Assembly: GCF_006345805.1 (NCBI RefSeq)
Contig: NW_021834015.1
Location: forward strand, 1 to 51,346
Length of the DNA: 51,346 nucleotides
Direction: 5' to 3'
DNA from: Octopus sinensis
Lineage: Eukaryota
Of the stretch, positions 50,443 to 51,346 are shown one piece after another; position 1 is the stretch's first letter, and every line of letters starts with the position of its first letter. The notes beneath the pieces are model-generated. The model worked only from the letters and a program-made list of their open reading frames with translations, had not been told where the DNA came from and did not search any database. The position numbers were made by a program, and so were the translations under genes.

Positions 50443-51187
50443 CTTCCTACCATACAGTTACATTTGCGCCATTGTGTAGATTTTCTTCTCCCTTAATACC
50501 TTATCAACTGAAACTTTTTATCTACAATAATATCCTCTTTCAGATCTTTGGTACAACAGTCTTTGTAACTTAACTTCAGTTTTTAAGTATCGCTTTCCCA
50601 CAATATACTTCTCCACAGGCGGGCCCATTGGAATAGTGTAATTTCCTATATGAAATATATGATCTGCCCACTTCAGACGGCTACGACTCAAGAGAACTTC
50701 CATACATAAAGACATTTGTTATCCACAAGATTGAATATCGCTTCGCTGCTATTATGTTGAACTGTCATATGTCCAAATTTGGCCAAATGCTTTTTTTTTT
50801 CAATATCTATTTTTGCTTGTAATAGCCAGTTCTTTTGGTCAAACTATCGTATCTCCAGCTGCTTCAGCTGCCAAAATATCAAAAATTGTCAAATTATAAA
50901 GTGGAAATTTTACCGGTGAGTGTGTTAAATTATAAGACTCAAAAAGAATATGACTCTCTCCAGACAACATGCCAATGGTTTTATTATGGAATGGTGAAAC
51001 TATTTTTTCAATTTCTGAAAAAAGCAACGTTTTGGACGTTTTGCATAACAGCAACGACTTAAAGTCTTTCTTGAATGTGTGCAAACTTGGTCGGAGCAGC
51101 TTTTCTTGAAAATGCACCGACTGTTTAACGTCTTGAGTATGATATGCATGTTTCATAGCTATACAACAACAAGAATATATTATAATA

Positions 51188-51233
<46 letters not shown>

Positions 51234-51346
51234 GGCGCAGCGTGGCTGTGTGCTACGGTCCGGGTTCAATTCCACTGCGTGGCATCTTGGGCAAGTGTCT
51301 TCTATTATAGCCTCGCGCCTAACAAGCCTTGTGAGTGGATTTGGTA
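51234..51346 (+). mobile_element. SINE family A, cut by window end
   Basis: ggcgcagcgtggctgtgtg..gggttcaattccactgcgtggcatcttgggcaagtgtctt. Confidence 0.85.

Overview
AT-rich, microsatellite-saturated eukaryotic DNA, very likely from an Octopus genome (inferred from the SINE families and repeat landscape). I recognise no host protein-coding gene, rRNA, true tRNA gene or CRISPR array; almost all ORF-track entries are translated microsatellites. The window is a layered retroelement/transposon landscape. (1) A young, near full-length Penelope-like element (Neptune type; RT, CxxC linker, GIY-YIG) at ~34.1-38.9 kb, with an inverted partial copy at its 5' end and a direct pseudo-LTR repeat; it sits inside the (TA)n tract of a SINE and carries a minimal hammerhead ribozyme with a U3-A8 covariant core. 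(2) Two further stand-alone hammerhead motifs (~2.65 kb and ~12.7 kb). (3) Several R4/Dong-type RLE LINE 3' ends stacked in (TAA)n arrays, plus a different RLE LINE bounded by (TATG)n arrays. (4) Decayed mariner, Tc1 and Penelope fragments, Helitron-like non-autonomous elements and fold-back MITEs. (5) More than 20 copies or fragments of two tRNA-derived SINE families. All calls were made by eye; coordinates are approximate to a few bases unless stated.
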